Counted from the stretch's first letter, positions 37,824-48,947 are shown. The stretch is DNA of 52,889 nt from a virus (IMGVR_UViG_3300006754_000026:1-52889); one strand, 5' to 3'. Numbers and translations: made by a program. The notes: generated from the sequence alone by a model not told the origin.

Positions 37824-40800
37824 TTAATCCTTTGGTTTAAGGGGGTCCCCCTCTTCTTGGCGTCGGACTACCTCACATGCATCTTTGGGTTTGGGTCTTT
37901 GTAATCTCTTTTTCCACCAAGGAATTTTCCAGTCAAGATTGGCCCTTACCCGGGCATCTTTTCGGACTTTTTCTTTCTTGGAATCTGTTTCGGGATCTTC
38001 ATAATCCATATCTCTTACATGATAATTAGCTCTAAACATACCTCTCAACATTTTTTTTGTCCTCATAAAAGTTTCCCTATCCCAGCCCCGGAACGCACTC
38101 AAACCTCCTCCTCCGGACTTTCCTCCATTTTTTTCATATTCACCCCACTCTTCTCCCAAAGAAGGTATAAATCCTTCTATGGTATAAATAGTTGCTAGTG
38201 AAAGTAAACTAGGCAAAGCAAAACAATAATTGAATAAAGTTTGATATTTGGGATCTTTTATTAGCTGGTTTATTAAACATGTGGTGATGTGTTCATCATA
38301 GTTTTGCATTAAATCCGCATTCACCACTTGATCTCCCTTGATTTCAACTTCGGTCGAAACTAGCGGAAAGATAATTTTTCGGGGGTCCGAATCATCAATG
38401 GTGGTTATCGGGGCGCCCAACTTTAAGGATTTTAAAGCCAATGCATCATTGGCTTTAATAGAATCTATAAAATCGGGGGATATGTGGTATTGTTTTTCCT
38501 CCGGAAGAATGAACGAAATGCGCAAGCCAAAGCTCCAACTTTTCCAGATGTCAGTAATTTTATAAGAGGTAGCGGGGGGAGTGTTCGCCGCAAGAAATTC
38601 CTCCCAATCTTGCAAATTTACTACCGGGGAGACCGCGTTACTTCTATTAGCGGGAGAATTTAATATCAGGTCGGCTGGAGGATTATAATCTTCGGGCTCA
38701 TCATCCTGCGAATATCGGTTAATTTTAATATATTTTTCCAATGCAAATGGGAAATATCCTGAACCTTTTAAAAATTTATCGGTCGTTATTTCGGTCTGGA
38801 GGTTGTTGCTGTCGATAAACCCCGAAAATTTCTCAGGCGCATAAATATCTTCTAAAATCCCCGATGTTTCTATTTCGCGAGGGACATGAAGCGGGCCAGC
38901 GCTTGTCAAAGCTCCCATCATCCAATCTGGCGACCCGAATACCAAACTAGACAGATCATGAATGGAGGGATTTAACGCTGTTTTAAAAGCGGCGGAAACC
39001 TCTTTCAGTTCGTCCGATATATATCTTCTTAATATTATTTTGGCATAATCTTTAGTCGCTGCCATATATTCATCAAATTTTTTCCGCTTTTTTTTCTTTT
39101 TAAAGATGGGATGTGTCGGCTCGCGATAAGTTGATAAACTCTTTCTAAGTTCAGTCAATGCTTCCGTTTCCTCGGCGGTGGGAACAAGAAGTTCTAAATC
39201 TCTTTTACGTTCAAAATTCTGAACTACTTGCTCTAGAAAAATATAATAAAATGTCCATTTTTTAATTTCTGGGCGAAATAATACATTACCCCCCAATGTA
39301 TAGATATCTTGTAACATGGTTTCGGATATATAAGCAAATAAAACTTCATCAAAAACACCCGTTTTAGCCTCAAAAAGAGAAAATACTGGCATGCCTTTTA
39401 TAAAGTTTTCTACAATATAAAGCCTACACAATGCTAGAATTGTCCCCTCAATTGCAGAGGCGGCTTCTTTTTCTAAAATTCTCGAATAAGGAGGCTCGAT
39501 GGCACAATCTGGATTATATTTTAAGCGGGGATCATCGACAATTTTACCATCAAACTCCTTGACTTTATCACTAATCTGTTCAAAATCTATAATGGGGGTT
39601 CTCTCGCACGCATCTACTTTTGGGGCCATGGCTTCATAAATCCCAAGCCACCCACCGTATTCGGGCTCCTCAATCCAATAAGGAGGATTGTCTTCATCAC
39701 CTCCGTAAGTTTCATAATCCGTTAAAGGATGAATAATAGGTGCCAAAGTGGGGTCAAATCCATAATCAAAGGCGCGGCTATTTTTAGTTATCTTGACTAA
39801 AAACTTTTTGATAATGGCCGAATTAATATAATCAAATAAGTAATCTCGGCAATAATGGCTAATAGAATCCACATCTGAGGTATATGGTTTCCAAATATCT
39901 GCTACTATTTTTCCAAAAATGGTAGCTTGTGGAGAATGTTCTAATTTGGGGAGCGAAGGATCGGGATCACTACTCGGATCTACTGCGACCGTTCCAGCAG
40001 ATCCTGATACTCCTTTATCGGAGGTGGCAGATGAACCAAAAGGGGGAACTACTCCGGCGCCAGGGGTAGTGGGAAGAGCATATTCTGAGGATAAGAAACT
40101 TTCAAAAGGAGTGGGCATAGAATATATGTCATCTATATAATCTTGAGAAGCCGTTGGGATGGATCTTATTCCCTCAAAACTTAAACTGCCGTCTCGTCCA
40201 AATGAATTCTTCCTTTGAAACCGGAAGGCGTTCCCCCACTCGGGTTGACCCATTTGATTTAAGGTAAAATAATCATAATTTAATGTAAATGAATAGCTGC
40301 CCGGATTGTCATAGAACGCGTCTTTCCACGCAGAGTATTCCATTACAACATCAGGTTCTTTTACAACTAAAGAATTATCGCCATAGACCACACCTGGCGC
40401 AATGAAATATTTCAATGTAGTTTTGAAAGGGGGCGCCAAAGATTCCAGAGTATTTTTTAAATGGATGGCAACCGTTTCAGGTAATACGTGACCTACTTTA
40501 TTTTGAATAGTTAAAAAATCGTGGTTTCGACCAGTATCTGCATCCGCGAATAAATCAAATATTCCTAACTCTCCAGAATCAGAGGCGCCAAAGAATTTAA
40601 GAAAAAATTCCTTGTGCCACTTATACCCAGTTCCTTTGGTATCGGCCAAAATCATATCCAAAAGTCCCTTGCGGCCGAGCCGCCCCCCTCCAATTAAATC
40701 TTTCAAGAAAACCGCGTTAACCAAAGTGAATGTATCACCTATAGCGTTTTTAGTGACTTTTTGAGTTTCCGGCCCTACATTAGGTAATAATCCTTGTTCG

Positions 40801-42974
40801 GGACATTCCGGGTCTGGGCTTACAAGGGGGATGGGTAATAGATTGTCTAAAGTGGTAGCAATATTCCCAAAATCTTCCAACATTTGCTGTTGTCTTTCGT
40901 CAGATGCCTTTTGTTGTTGCATTATTTGATCGGGATTAAATCCTTTGCCCGATAAGGCGGCAGCACGGAGATTGTGCCATTGGTTTTGTGCTTCGGGTTC
41001 ACATAAAGAAGGATTAAGGGGCCGTACAGGGCCCTCGTCTAAAATAGTATTTATAATATTGCTATCCAAAACAGCGCCCAGGTTAGAAAACATGTTCTTA
41101 ATTTGGGCTTGACTAGTAACAAGCGCTGCAACTTCTCCGCCCGGTAGCGATTGTATAATTTCTTCCACATATTTCAAGGCTTCCGGGGATGGATCTCCGT
41201 CTAATAATCCTTTTGTTTCTTGATTTGTCAAAGTATTTCCCACAGCATCGATGAAATCCCCTACGGCCTCATCAGAAGGAGGAGGGGGATACGACCCCAC
41301 ATTGGCGCCAAAGTCTCCCAGCGCAGATAAAATACTATTAACACCTTTGGCCAATTCTTCATCGTTGGCCGATGGGCCGCAGACAGCAGTTCTTAACGCA
41401 TCTTTAAATTGTGAGGGGCCGCCAATGATTTGGCCTATATCACCGATAGTTTCACAGCCCGCATTCATACTTACAGTTAAGATATTTTTAAAAACTGATT
41501 GGAGAAGATTGAATAGCATTTGTTGGGCTGCATCTTCTGCCGCCTGGATGATCATTCCCCCAATATTGTTCATTGGACCAATGGGGAACCCATCGAACCT
41601 CGGGAGTGTTATTTCGGCATGTAGTTTTGATTTGGCTCGACTACAGTTATTGCCTGTCTCTCTTCCATCGGGGTCATCTTTCCTGCTAAGATCAAGAGTT
41701 TTGAAAAAATCACTTACAGGAGGAGACCACATCGGAGGTCGGGGACAATCTTTAGTTCCAAGACCGAGCATTGCGGCGCCTGCTTCTTTTACGATGGGTC
41801 CCATAAGAAGTTCTCCGCCGGGGATATCTTTTAGCGCACTCATGAAAGCGTCCACTGAAATAAAATTATTTTGAACTAAATTATTAATACCCTTTTTAAT
41901 GTGATCGTAACTTTGGTCCCAAATTTTATCCAAAGCTATACCAACTGATCCTGGTTGTGAGGTACTACTGTCTGGTTTTTTGCCCGAAGGGCCAATAACC
42001 GTCTTATCTCCCCCAACCTCAACTTCAATACGCTGGTCAGCCTCTTCGGCGGCCTGCTCTGCTGTAGTCAGAACCTTTGGTTCCGGTCCTCGGATATCCA
42101 TTTCTCCGGTCGGTGGAGGAGTACCTGTCTCCCCTTCCTCGGCTGTGTCAGCCTCCGGGGGCTCGGCTTCATGCTCATCTAGAGTTTCTTCTAAAAATTG
42201 GACATTGCCGTCGGCGTCGAGGGTTGCATAAGGCACGTACTCTATACTTCCATTGCCCCCTCGGGCATGCATCCATTTCGAATCGGATGCCCAGGGCCGG
42301 TCGGCTTGGGCAGTTGTTATGTGAACATGGCCACCCCCCTCTTGGTCATACCATATCATCTGATCAAATGCTAAATTCTTTTCTACTACCCATTGAGTAA
42401 ACCTTTCAGCCGGGGTGCCGAAGCCATCCACATTGGGTACAGTAATATCCGCTGCTAGACCATGTAAATGTTGACTACTATCAGAGCCTCCGACGGCTTC
42501 ATTAACCTCATCGGATCGATATGCAGAGCTAACTTGAATCTTGCCTTGTCCGTCGGCGTCCAAAGCTTCCTGGATGGGCTCCAACACTTTATCGATAAGA
42601 CTTTGAAGATTATCCAACTCTAAAGCTGAAGGGATATTAGTCTTGTTCGCAGTGCTGGAATGTCCTGTAAGCGTTTGGTAACTAAATTGATCCCGGTAGG
42701 CGGGATTAGCGGTAGTGAGGGCCGTTGATAAAAGTTCTTCTGGTTTCTGACAAATAGCATCGCCCGGATAGGCACGGCAATAAACTTTGAGATCCTTCTT
42801 TTTATTAAAAGATAACGGGCCTGGATGGGGGTAGTCTTCGGAAAAGACAATAGTGGTACCGCCCAGTTGAGTCCACAGTGCGTCCAGGTCTTGGTTGCTC
42901 GCGCGATAATACACGCTTTGCAGATATTGGAAATTTTTAAATAGTTTATCTAGGCGTTCGGTTTCGTCAGCCAT
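37824..42974 (-). CDS. Giant virion protein with N-terminal peptidase M15A (Zn D,D-peptidase-like) domain
   Basis: SSAYRS...SQHLHGLAAD...FDQMI...HVHI at about 42310-42690; 1716 aa; TAATG coupling. Confidence 0.78.
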   Translation of the reverse strand: MADETERLDKLFKNFQYLQSVYYRASNQDLDALWTQLGGTTIVFSEDYPHPGPLSFNKKKDLKVYCRAYPGDAICQKPEELLSTALTTANPAYRDQFSYQTLTGHSSTANKTNIPSALELDNLQSLIDKVLEPIQEALDADGQGKIQVSSAYRSDEVNEAVGGSDSSQHLHGLAADITVPNVDGFGTPAERFTQWVVEKNLAFDQMIWYDQEGGGHVHITTAQADRPWASDSKWMHARGGNGSIEYVPYATLDADGNVQFLEETLDEHEAEPPEADTAEEGETGTPPPTGEMDIRGPEPKVLTTAEQAAEEADQRIEVEVGGDKTVIGPSGKKPDSSTSQPGSVGIALDKIWDQSYDHIKKGINNLVQNNFISVDAFMSALKDIPGGELLMGPIVKEAGAAMLGLGTKDCPRPPMWSPPVSDFFKTLDLSRKDDPDGRETGNNCSRAKSKLHAEITLPRFDGFPIGPMNNIGGMIIQAAEDAAQQMLFNLLQSVFKNILTVSMNAGCETIGDIGQIIGGPSQFKDALRTAVCGPSANDEELAKGVNSILSALGDFGANVGSYPPPPSDEAVGDFIDAVGNTLTNQETKGLLDGDPSPEALKYVEEIIQSLPGGEVAALVTSQAQIKNMFSNLGAVLDSNIINTILDEGPVRPLNPSLCEPEAQNQWHNLRAAALSGKGFNPDQIMQQQKASDERQQQMLEDFGNIATTLDNLLPIPLVSPDPECPEQGLLPNVGPETQKVTKNAIGDTFTLVNAVFLKDLIGGGRLGRKGLLDMILADTKGTGYKWHKEFFLKFFGASDSGELGIFDLFADADTGRNHDFLTIQNKVGHVLPETVAIHLKNTLESLAPPFKTTLKYFIAPGVVYGDNSLVVKEPDVVMEYSAWKDAFYDNPGSYSFTLNYDYFTLNQMGQPEWGNAFRFQRKNSFGRDGSLSFEGIRSIPTASQDYIDDIYSMPTPFESFLSSEYALPTTPGAGVVPPFGSSATSDKGVSGSAGTVAVDPSSDPDPSLPKLEHSPQATIFGKIVADIWKPYTSDVDSISHYCRDYLFDYINSAIIKKFLVKITKNSRAFDYGFDPTLAPIIHPLTDYETYGGDEDNPPYWIEEPEYGGWLGIYEAMAPKVDACERTPIIDFEQISDKVKEFDGKIVDDPRLKYNPDCAIEPPYSRILEKEAASAIEGTILALCRLYIVENFIKGMPVFSLFEAKTGVFDEVLFAYISETMLQDIYTLGGNVLFRPEIKKWTFYYIFLEQVVQNFERKRDLELLVPTAEETEALTELRKSLSTYREPTHPIFKKKKKRKKFDEYMAATKDYAKIILRRYISDELKEVSAAFKTALNPSIHDLSSLVFGSPDWMMGALTSAGPLHVPREIETSGILEDIYAPEKFSGFIDSNNLQTEITTDKFLKGSGYFPFALEKYIKINRYSQDDEPEDYNPPADLILNSPANRSNAVSPVVNLQDWEEFLAANTPPATSYKITDIWKSWSFGLRISFILPEEKQYHISPDFIDSIKANDALALKSLKLGAPITTIDDSDPRKIIFPLVSTEVEIKGDQVVNADLMQNYDEHITTCLINQLIKDPKYQTLFNYCFALPSLLSLATIYTIEGFIPSLGEEWGEYEKNGGKSGGGGLSAFRGWDRETFMRTKKMLRGMFRANYHVRDMDYEDPETDSKKEKVRKDARVRANLDWKIPWWKKRLQRPKPKDACEVVRRQEEGDPLKPKD

Positions 42975-45900
42975 TATTCGCCCCCCTCATCGCCTTCAGC
43001 CAGCAAGTCGGTATCATTTTCAGAATCCGAAAGCCATTGAGCTTCGGCCACCATCATGGGGCGCCCAGCGATGGCGCCTTGTGGCGCGGTTTGCCAACCC
43101 ATTGTTCCGACATCCGTCCACACATCGGTACTCAGCAGGGTCCGCGTTCGGTACTGCAAATTATTTTCATCAATCCAGGAGTACTCGGTATCGGTATCGC
43201 CTCCAACGGCAAACCATTCGCCCTCTTCGTATCCTTCGGGCCATTGGAGCACATCTTTGTATTTTTCTTCAAATATAATCTCAATATTGGCTTCGTCTTT
43301 GAAGAATCTTTCTACTTTTCGCTCGATATTACGCATATTCTCCCCGAACTCATTTATATCTGGATCATTATAGCTTCCGGGACGGTAATCGGCATCCCAA
43401 GGGAAGGGAATTTCCGTTAGTTCTTTTACCGCATCAGTTATTAACTTTTGCAATCCTGGGTTCATGGCAAAAAAGATGCCTTCTACTTGTTTTTGAGTAA
43501 AGTTGTTGATGGTAGCGGCTAATAAAGTTTTTGCTGACATTTCTATATCAAATCCACCCACTACACAATCGGACACCTTTTCCAAAACTGCCAGAAACCC
43601 ACAAAAGCCCAATTTATTGATTAAAAGTTCAAACATTTCAAAAACATTGGCCGTGTCATCTATAATAGCTGGAATGCCAGTAAAAATTGGGTCTCCGGCT
43701 TCAATTTGGCGATGCCATTGATCTTTTATTCGCTTCATTTGTTCTTTGGGGTCTTCCAGTTTCTTTTCCTGTTCGATTACTCCATCATACGAAGTGCAAA
43801 GTTGCTCGTTGAACTCATCGGCCCATAGTTCAAAAAAAGTTAATCCTTCTCCAAGCGCTTGGGCACTGAGGGCCAGTGGACCTTTAAAAATATTTTGTAA
43901 GACATGACCTACATTACAATCGTCTCCTTCGGTCAAAGGTTGTTCGTCTAGTGCATCGCGTTTTTCCGTATCGAGCGCTGGATAAATGTATTTATCAGCA
44001 AACTCTCCATACCTAATGGGATCCGATTTACTTAAATCATTTACAAGTTCTGGTAGTTTGGCCACTAAAGCTGATATAGTTTCATTATTAACCATATTTT
44101 TATTTTTAAAGGTCTCAAATCCTTCTTTCAACTGTTCGGCGGGGCATCCCATCTTGTTGGCCCAAACTTCTACCAGGTTATATTCAGAATCAAATTTTAA
44201 TTTAACTTCATCAAGGGCTGCAGTTTTGGCGGCGATGGGATTGATTTTAAATTTATTTTTGTTCAAAAATTTAATAAGTGCCGATCGATATTGCTGTAAA
44301 CCCTCCCTATAAAAAGGACAGTTTAATAGATATCGACCCGCATCCTTCCCTTCCGCGTCCTTTCTCAAGAAAGCAAAGATATGTTCGCGTCCTATTTTAC
44401 GCATCCCCTGAATGGCGACCTTAAAATATCGACGAATCTCAAATCCTTTCAAAACTGTTTCGGTGGTGGCTTCAGAATTTCCCGGGGCTTCGTCTCGTGA
44501 CTCGGCTTCTTTTTCATCTGCGGTGGGTTCAAGGGGAGGTCCCACTTTATCCATAAGTGCGGCTGGTAGGGTTACCAGAACTCTTATTTTTAACCCGGAA
44601 CGTACAGGGACATAATAATCTTTTGCTGTAGCCAGAGGAACAAGTTCATCTAATGTTTTTTCTGAAGTGTCTTTATCATAATTTGTTAATAATAATTCTA
44701 ATCCTGGCCGGATGGCTTTAACTAAAATATCTCCCAAGGGGACCGTAAACACATTCTCTTCAGTGGAGAGGGTTGTGATGGAATATTCGCATGTCTTTCC
44801 ATTTAAAAAAGGTTCACTTTCCGATAAAGTCGTCCAATCAGGAACAATGGCTTTGGGATTAGGAATACAACTAGCACACCCGGTAGCGCTCGGCGCAAGT
44901 GCAGGAGCGGGCCCGCAATCACTAAAGTCTAAATTTTCAATATCTTCAGTTTCTTCTTTGGCCGCAAGGTCGTCAAGTTCTTTGTCGGATGCTTGTCGAA
45001 GGGCAGATTCGGCCACTTGCTGCCACCAAGATAAAATAGTTTGAGTATTTAAAACTGCAGCAGAATAAATACCCCCTTGCGTAATTCCCGCATTATTAAT
45101 GACATTATCAGGGCTCATGACCGTATAAGTATGATTTTCATAAGCATATCGATATTGCTCCACATGTTGTGTTAACTCAGTTAATAGCTCGGCTTTAAGC
45201 CAATATGCAATGCTATCAAATGTAACAAAACTTTCAGGCAATTTTCTTAAAAATATATTGGCCCAAAAATCCGGTCCGGATTCATATCCAGACGAGGTAT
45301 GGCCGGAAGCGCCGGCGCTGTAATCTAGATTGCCAATATCATACTCACCTCCATATTCGGGAATGTTGACGGGGGGTTGTCCTTCATAAGGAGTACCTTC
45401 AGTTATACCCAAAGGCCGATAAAGGACGGTGCGACTAGGCTGCCACGGCACACCGGACGCGTCGGTACCAGTTTTTGTACTGTCACAATCTTGAGTGGGA
45501 TAAACCTCGTCATATTTAGGCTCCCTTACCATTACTTTAAATGATGGTTGTTTATACCAAGTAAAAATTTGAGGAACGCGGGTATATAAATAATAGAGGG
45601 TCTCCGGTGAATGTACATCCGTTAACATATGTAAATAATAATATAAAATCCCCATAATTTCAGGTTGTGGTAAATCTCGATCTGCTTTTGGAATTTTATC
45701 AATATAAGATCTAATAGAGCGGGATATTTCTGTTTTTAAGAAAAGATATATTAAAACAGAGAATTCATCATCAGTTAATCCGTCTACGCAGTCTTCCACC
45801 ATAAATCGATGAACATTAACATAACTGCTATGATTATATTGAACTTTGTCGACCTTTTTGCCGGCGTATAATTTCCACGAATCTGTTTTACCATCAGGAT

Positions 45901-46273
45901 GACATGGGTTTAAAGTATTTTGGATATCGGCCGAGGGCTCCATTAAGGTGGCGAGCGAATAGTTGCCCCACGGCGTGCCGCCTGTGGCGTTCCACTTGGT
46001 AGCATCTGTGACTCCGCGATAATAGGCGGAGATATCCACATAATGGGGTGTGGGGTGTAAAACTTTATCAAATTGTCCACCGAATTCTTCTTCGAAAGCC
46101 TCTCTCTCTTTCTCGGTGATCTCCAAGTATCCCATCCATCCTCCCCACATAGGAAGATTAAAGCCCGCGAAATAACGGGCTATATGGATCAGAGAGCTTT
46201 CCCCGGATGCTGGGAATATATTTTCCCATTCAAAAAAGTCCCAGTCTATGGGCTGCGTGAGAACATCGGTCAT
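42974..46273 (-). CDS. Large acidic putative virion protein
   Basis: 1099-aa ORF between the spike and baseplate genes. Confidence 0.68.
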   Translation of the reverse strand: MTDVLTQPIDWDFFEWENIFPASGESSLIHIARYFAGFNLPMWGGWMGYLEITEKEREAFEEEFGGQFDKVLHPTPHYVDISAYYRGVTDATKWNATGGTPWGNYSLATLMEPSADIQNTLNPCHPDGKTDSWKLYAGKKVDKVQYNHSSYVNVHRFMVEDCVDGLTDDEFSVLIYLFLKTEISRSIRSYIDKIPKADRDLPQPEIMGILYYYLHMLTDVHSPETLYYLYTRVPQIFTWYKQPSFKVMVREPKYDEVYPTQDCDSTKTGTDASGVPWQPSRTVLYRPLGITEGTPYEGQPPVNIPEYGGEYDIGNLDYSAGASGHTSSGYESGPDFWANIFLRKLPESFVTFDSIAYWLKAELLTELTQHVEQYRYAYENHTYTVMSPDNVINNAGITQGGIYSAAVLNTQTILSWWQQVAESALRQASDKELDDLAAKEETEDIENLDFSDCGPAPALAPSATGCASCIPNPKAIVPDWTTLSESEPFLNGKTCEYSITTLSTEENVFTVPLGDILVKAIRPGLELLLTNYDKDTSEKTLDELVPLATAKDYYVPVRSGLKIRVLVTLPAALMDKVGPPLEPTADEKEAESRDEAPGNSEATTETVLKGFEIRRYFKVAIQGMRKIGREHIFAFLRKDAEGKDAGRYLLNCPFYREGLQQYRSALIKFLNKNKFKINPIAAKTAALDEVKLKFDSEYNLVEVWANKMGCPAEQLKEGFETFKNKNMVNNETISALVAKLPELVNDLSKSDPIRYGEFADKYIYPALDTEKRDALDEQPLTEGDDCNVGHVLQNIFKGPLALSAQALGEGLTFFELWADEFNEQLCTSYDGVIEQEKKLEDPKEQMKRIKDQWHRQIEAGDPIFTGIPAIIDDTANVFEMFELLINKLGFCGFLAVLEKVSDCVVGGFDIEMSAKTLLAATINNFTQKQVEGIFFAMNPGLQKLITDAVKELTEIPFPWDADYRPGSYNDPDINEFGENMRNIERKVERFFKDEANIEIIFEEKYKDVLQWPEGYEEGEWFAVGGDTDTEYSWIDENNLQYRTRTLLSTDVWTDVGTMGWQTAPQGAIAGRPMMVAEAQWLSDSENDTDLLAEGDEGGE

Positions 46274-47239
46274 CTAAGTTGTCCTATTCACCCTACTGTT
46301 GATCCACATATTGGAGATTGGGCCAGTCAAATAATTTAATTTGACCGCAGATGCATTAACAGGATTTTTCCACGATGACGGGATCGCACCGTGTATGAGT
46401 TGACTTGGCATAATGGACGCGTACTTTATCCCTAGCGGGGTTGACAGAGAGACCGGCATAGGCTGCTCTAGGTGGGTATGGGTGGCGATTGACCAGTTAA
46501 ATTCCATTTGTTTTCGAATAAAATTAGACATGATTTTTGAGTTTCCTTCAATCAGTTTTACTATTTCTTTTAAACACTCTTCCAAATATTCCCCTCTAGG
46601 AATAGGTTGAAGAACCGGCTTGCCATTTGTATCGGTGGCGGCGTTGGGGCCCCCATAATTACCCGATATTAGATCAATCCCGTATCGGCTTTTGGGTTGC
46701 CCAGACGCTCCTGCCGTAGACGGGGGCCCAGGCATTGATGAAACAATTTTAATTCCTTGGCGGGCCATGATTCGAATTGAATCGGCCTTCATACCTATGG
46801 CTGACCTATTTTGAGATAAACCCACATAACCCTCGCAGATACCAAAATGTTGATCAATGTTAGTTTTTTGGCAAATATAAATACGAGCAGCATCAGCTGA
46901 AAAGCTGGGTGAGACATATGCATCGCTATTTTCGCTAGCTACTGATGATGCCAATCGTCCCACCACTATATCAATCATGCCACATTTTCCATGACCAGCT
47001 CCGCCATTTCCAGAAGCTTTACTGGCGGGCCTGTCTCTTCCCAAAACAATCCATGAATTGTTTTTGTTTTTTATAACTTTTTCACCTTTGGCGCGGTCAA
47101 AGATAGGAACCGTTTCTGTCAGTGGTCCGCAATTTAAACCTTGTCCGGGGTTTTTTTCCACAGCAGCCTTGGCGGTCCGGGAAAGCCCCTTATCGGTTCT
47201 TGCATCCTTTTTATTAGAAAATATTTTTAGCTTACCCAT
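46274..47239 (-). CDS. Putative baseplate central spike protein (beta-rich, HxH motif)
   Basis: Short beta-strand repeats and an IATHTH (HxH) motif near the C-terminus, as in iron-loaded spikes. Confidence 0.55.
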   Translation of the reverse strand: MGKLKIFSNKKDARTDKGLSRTAKAAVEKNPGQGLNCGPLTETVPIFDRAKGEKVIKNKNNSWIVLGRDRPASKASGNGGAGHGKCGMIDIVVGRLASSVASENSDAYVSPSFSADAARIYICQKTNIDQHFGICEGYVGLSQNRSAIGMKADSIRIMARQGIKIVSSMPGPPSTAGASGQPKSRYGIDLISGNYGGPNAATDTNGKPVLQPIPRGEYLEECLKEIVKLIEGNSKIMSNFIRKQMEFNWSIATHTHLEQPMPVSLSTPLGIKYASIMPSQLIHGAIPSSWKNPVNASAVKLNYLTGPISNMWINSRVNRTT

Positions 47240-48947
47240 ATTCTACCACTCCCATTTCAGTCTGTCTTACCTTTCGTTCATTTTCCTCATCTTGGTCCCA
47301 ATACTCATCGAAAGATTGATCATTTGGATCATCATAATAATCCATTCCTCGCTGATTAAATTGATTATCCCAAGAGCCGTTTCTTCTGGAAATCGCTGAA
47401 AACATACGCGGGCGCGGTGTCTGATCAAGCCGGCATTCCCAATGCCAGCGTTCCGTATCTACGGTGCGAATAAACCCAAATTTATAAGCATTCAGGCACA
47501 TCCAGCGGTATGCTTTGGAAATAGGATCTTGGGGTTTAGTTCCTGCGTGGCGATCCATGTTCATCCCAATGTCATTCGCCCAGCCAGCGCCATGAGAAAA
47601 AGCATATGCTGGACGATCTGTTGGGGGCCCGGTTTTGGGTTTACAAATAGAGGGACTTGTTAATACATCATCTCCCTCTTTTATGGGTGTACAATGTGCA
47701 ATACGCAGCTTTTTTTGTGAGGCCGCAAAACTTCCTTCGGGGCGCGCCCACACTTTGGCTAAAAATCGTTTACTTAGGGGTTTACCGTCCCACCCCACAT
47801 AACCCCCATATGGTTGGTCTACGGCGCCTTCAGGGGCAAACTTGTTAACCAAATGGGGTTTCAACATATTACCAGTGACATTATCCCATGCTGTTCGGTA
47901 CAGGCTGGATGAATATAATCTGATGCCGTCCTTTAAAGCGGCCTGACATAAGGCTATTAAATAGGGGGCGTCTTTTGTGTATACCGGGCGCCCGTTTTCC
48001 CAAATTAAAGTTTGTATATATTCTTCTTGGGGAGGGTCACTATCAAAAGTTCGTCTTGGGGTGCCTGTTTTGAATCTTAAAGTATTTGGAGTTTTCCCAT
48101 CTAAATAATCGGGTATATATTCCTGGTTTCGGACTTCGGGACCGGGTGCCATGAAAGCCATAACGTTAACTGCGGCTTTTAATTGTTCAGCAGTTGGTTC
48201 TCGAATCATAGGGCCCTCATCATCTTCAAATACGTCAGAAATACTTCTTTTAGGATCAACAAAAGATTCGTGGGCTGAAGCTATGTCTGGCGATGTCCCC
48301 GCAGGAAATGAAGTTGGTACTAGTTGCAAATCTGATTGATCAACAAATCCTAATATTTTCCCTCCAGTTTTGGATATTTTATGTTCGAAAGTAACAGCCA
48401 TTATATCTCCCACATGAGGAGTTCGTTGAGAGCCCCACTCTTCCTGAGAAACAATGTATGTAGGGTACATATTGATGAGAGCGTTACGTTCTTCGGCGCT
48501 TTGGGCCTTAAATTGTCGGGTGGGGGTTGCATATTCGCCCCCTAAATAAGACCAATCAGGTTGAATGCGCCATTGATCAACACTGGGGCGTTGTGCCCAT
48601 ATTTTGATATATTTTGCAGATTTAGAGTTTCGGCGGGTTGGACGAAGTCCGCCCGCTTGGACTGGTGCATAGAACCTCTCTTCATCTCCATAATAATATA
48701 CAAAGGCCACCTTTAAAACAAGCGCGGCCCACGGACCATCGGGGTCGACGCGAACGGCGCGGCTCATTTCACGAGCAGTTTCTTTCCATTGGATAAGCCC
48801 ATCGTGGTTGGCAGTCCAGTTAGCTTCCAATGTAGATAACGGAGTTAAGTAAGGATCGACCGACCCATTAACTTTATAAAGTCGAGAACCAAATATATTC
48901 TCGCCTGCCGCCACTTGATTAACTGGTATTTTGACTTTAGTTCCCAT
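47232..48947 (-). CDS. Baseplate hub (gp5-position) protein with M15B/VanY-like peptidase domain
   Basis: SSLYRT...SHGAGWAND...WMCLNAYKFGF...ERWHWE motifs at about 47420-47980. Confidence 0.75.
   Translation of the reverse strand: MGTKVKIPVNQVAAGENIFGSRLYKVNGSVDPYLTPLSTLEANWTANHDGLIQWKETAREMSRAVRVDPDGPWAALVLKVAFVYYYGDEERFYAPVQAGGLRPTRRNSKSAKYIKIWAQRPSVDQWRIQPDWSYLGGEYATPTRQFKAQSAEERNALINMYPTYIVSQEEWGSQRTPHVGDIMAVTFEHKISKTGGKILGFVDQSDLQLVPTSFPAGTSPDIASAHESFVDPKRSISDVFEDDEGPMIREPTAEQLKAAVNVMAFMAPGPEVRNQEYIPDYLDGKTPNTLRFKTGTPRRTFDSDPPQEEYIQTLIWENGRPVYTKDAPYLIALCQAALKDGIRLYSSSLYRTAWDNVTGNMLKPHLVNKFAPEGAVDQPYGGYVGWDGKPLSKRFLAKVWARPEGSFAASQKKLRIAHCTPIKEGDDVLTSPSICKPKTGPPTDRPAYAFSHGAGWANDIGMNMDRHAGTKPQDPISKAYRWMCLNAYKFGFIRTVDTERWHWECRLDQTPRPRMFSAISRRNGSWDNQFNQRGMDYYDDPNDQSFDEYWDQDEENERKVRQTEMGVVEYG

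Noticed and set aside
41251-41874. 207-aa plus-strand ORF and the other plus-strand ORFs
   Set aside because: Antisense to long minus-strand genes, with no recognisable motifs
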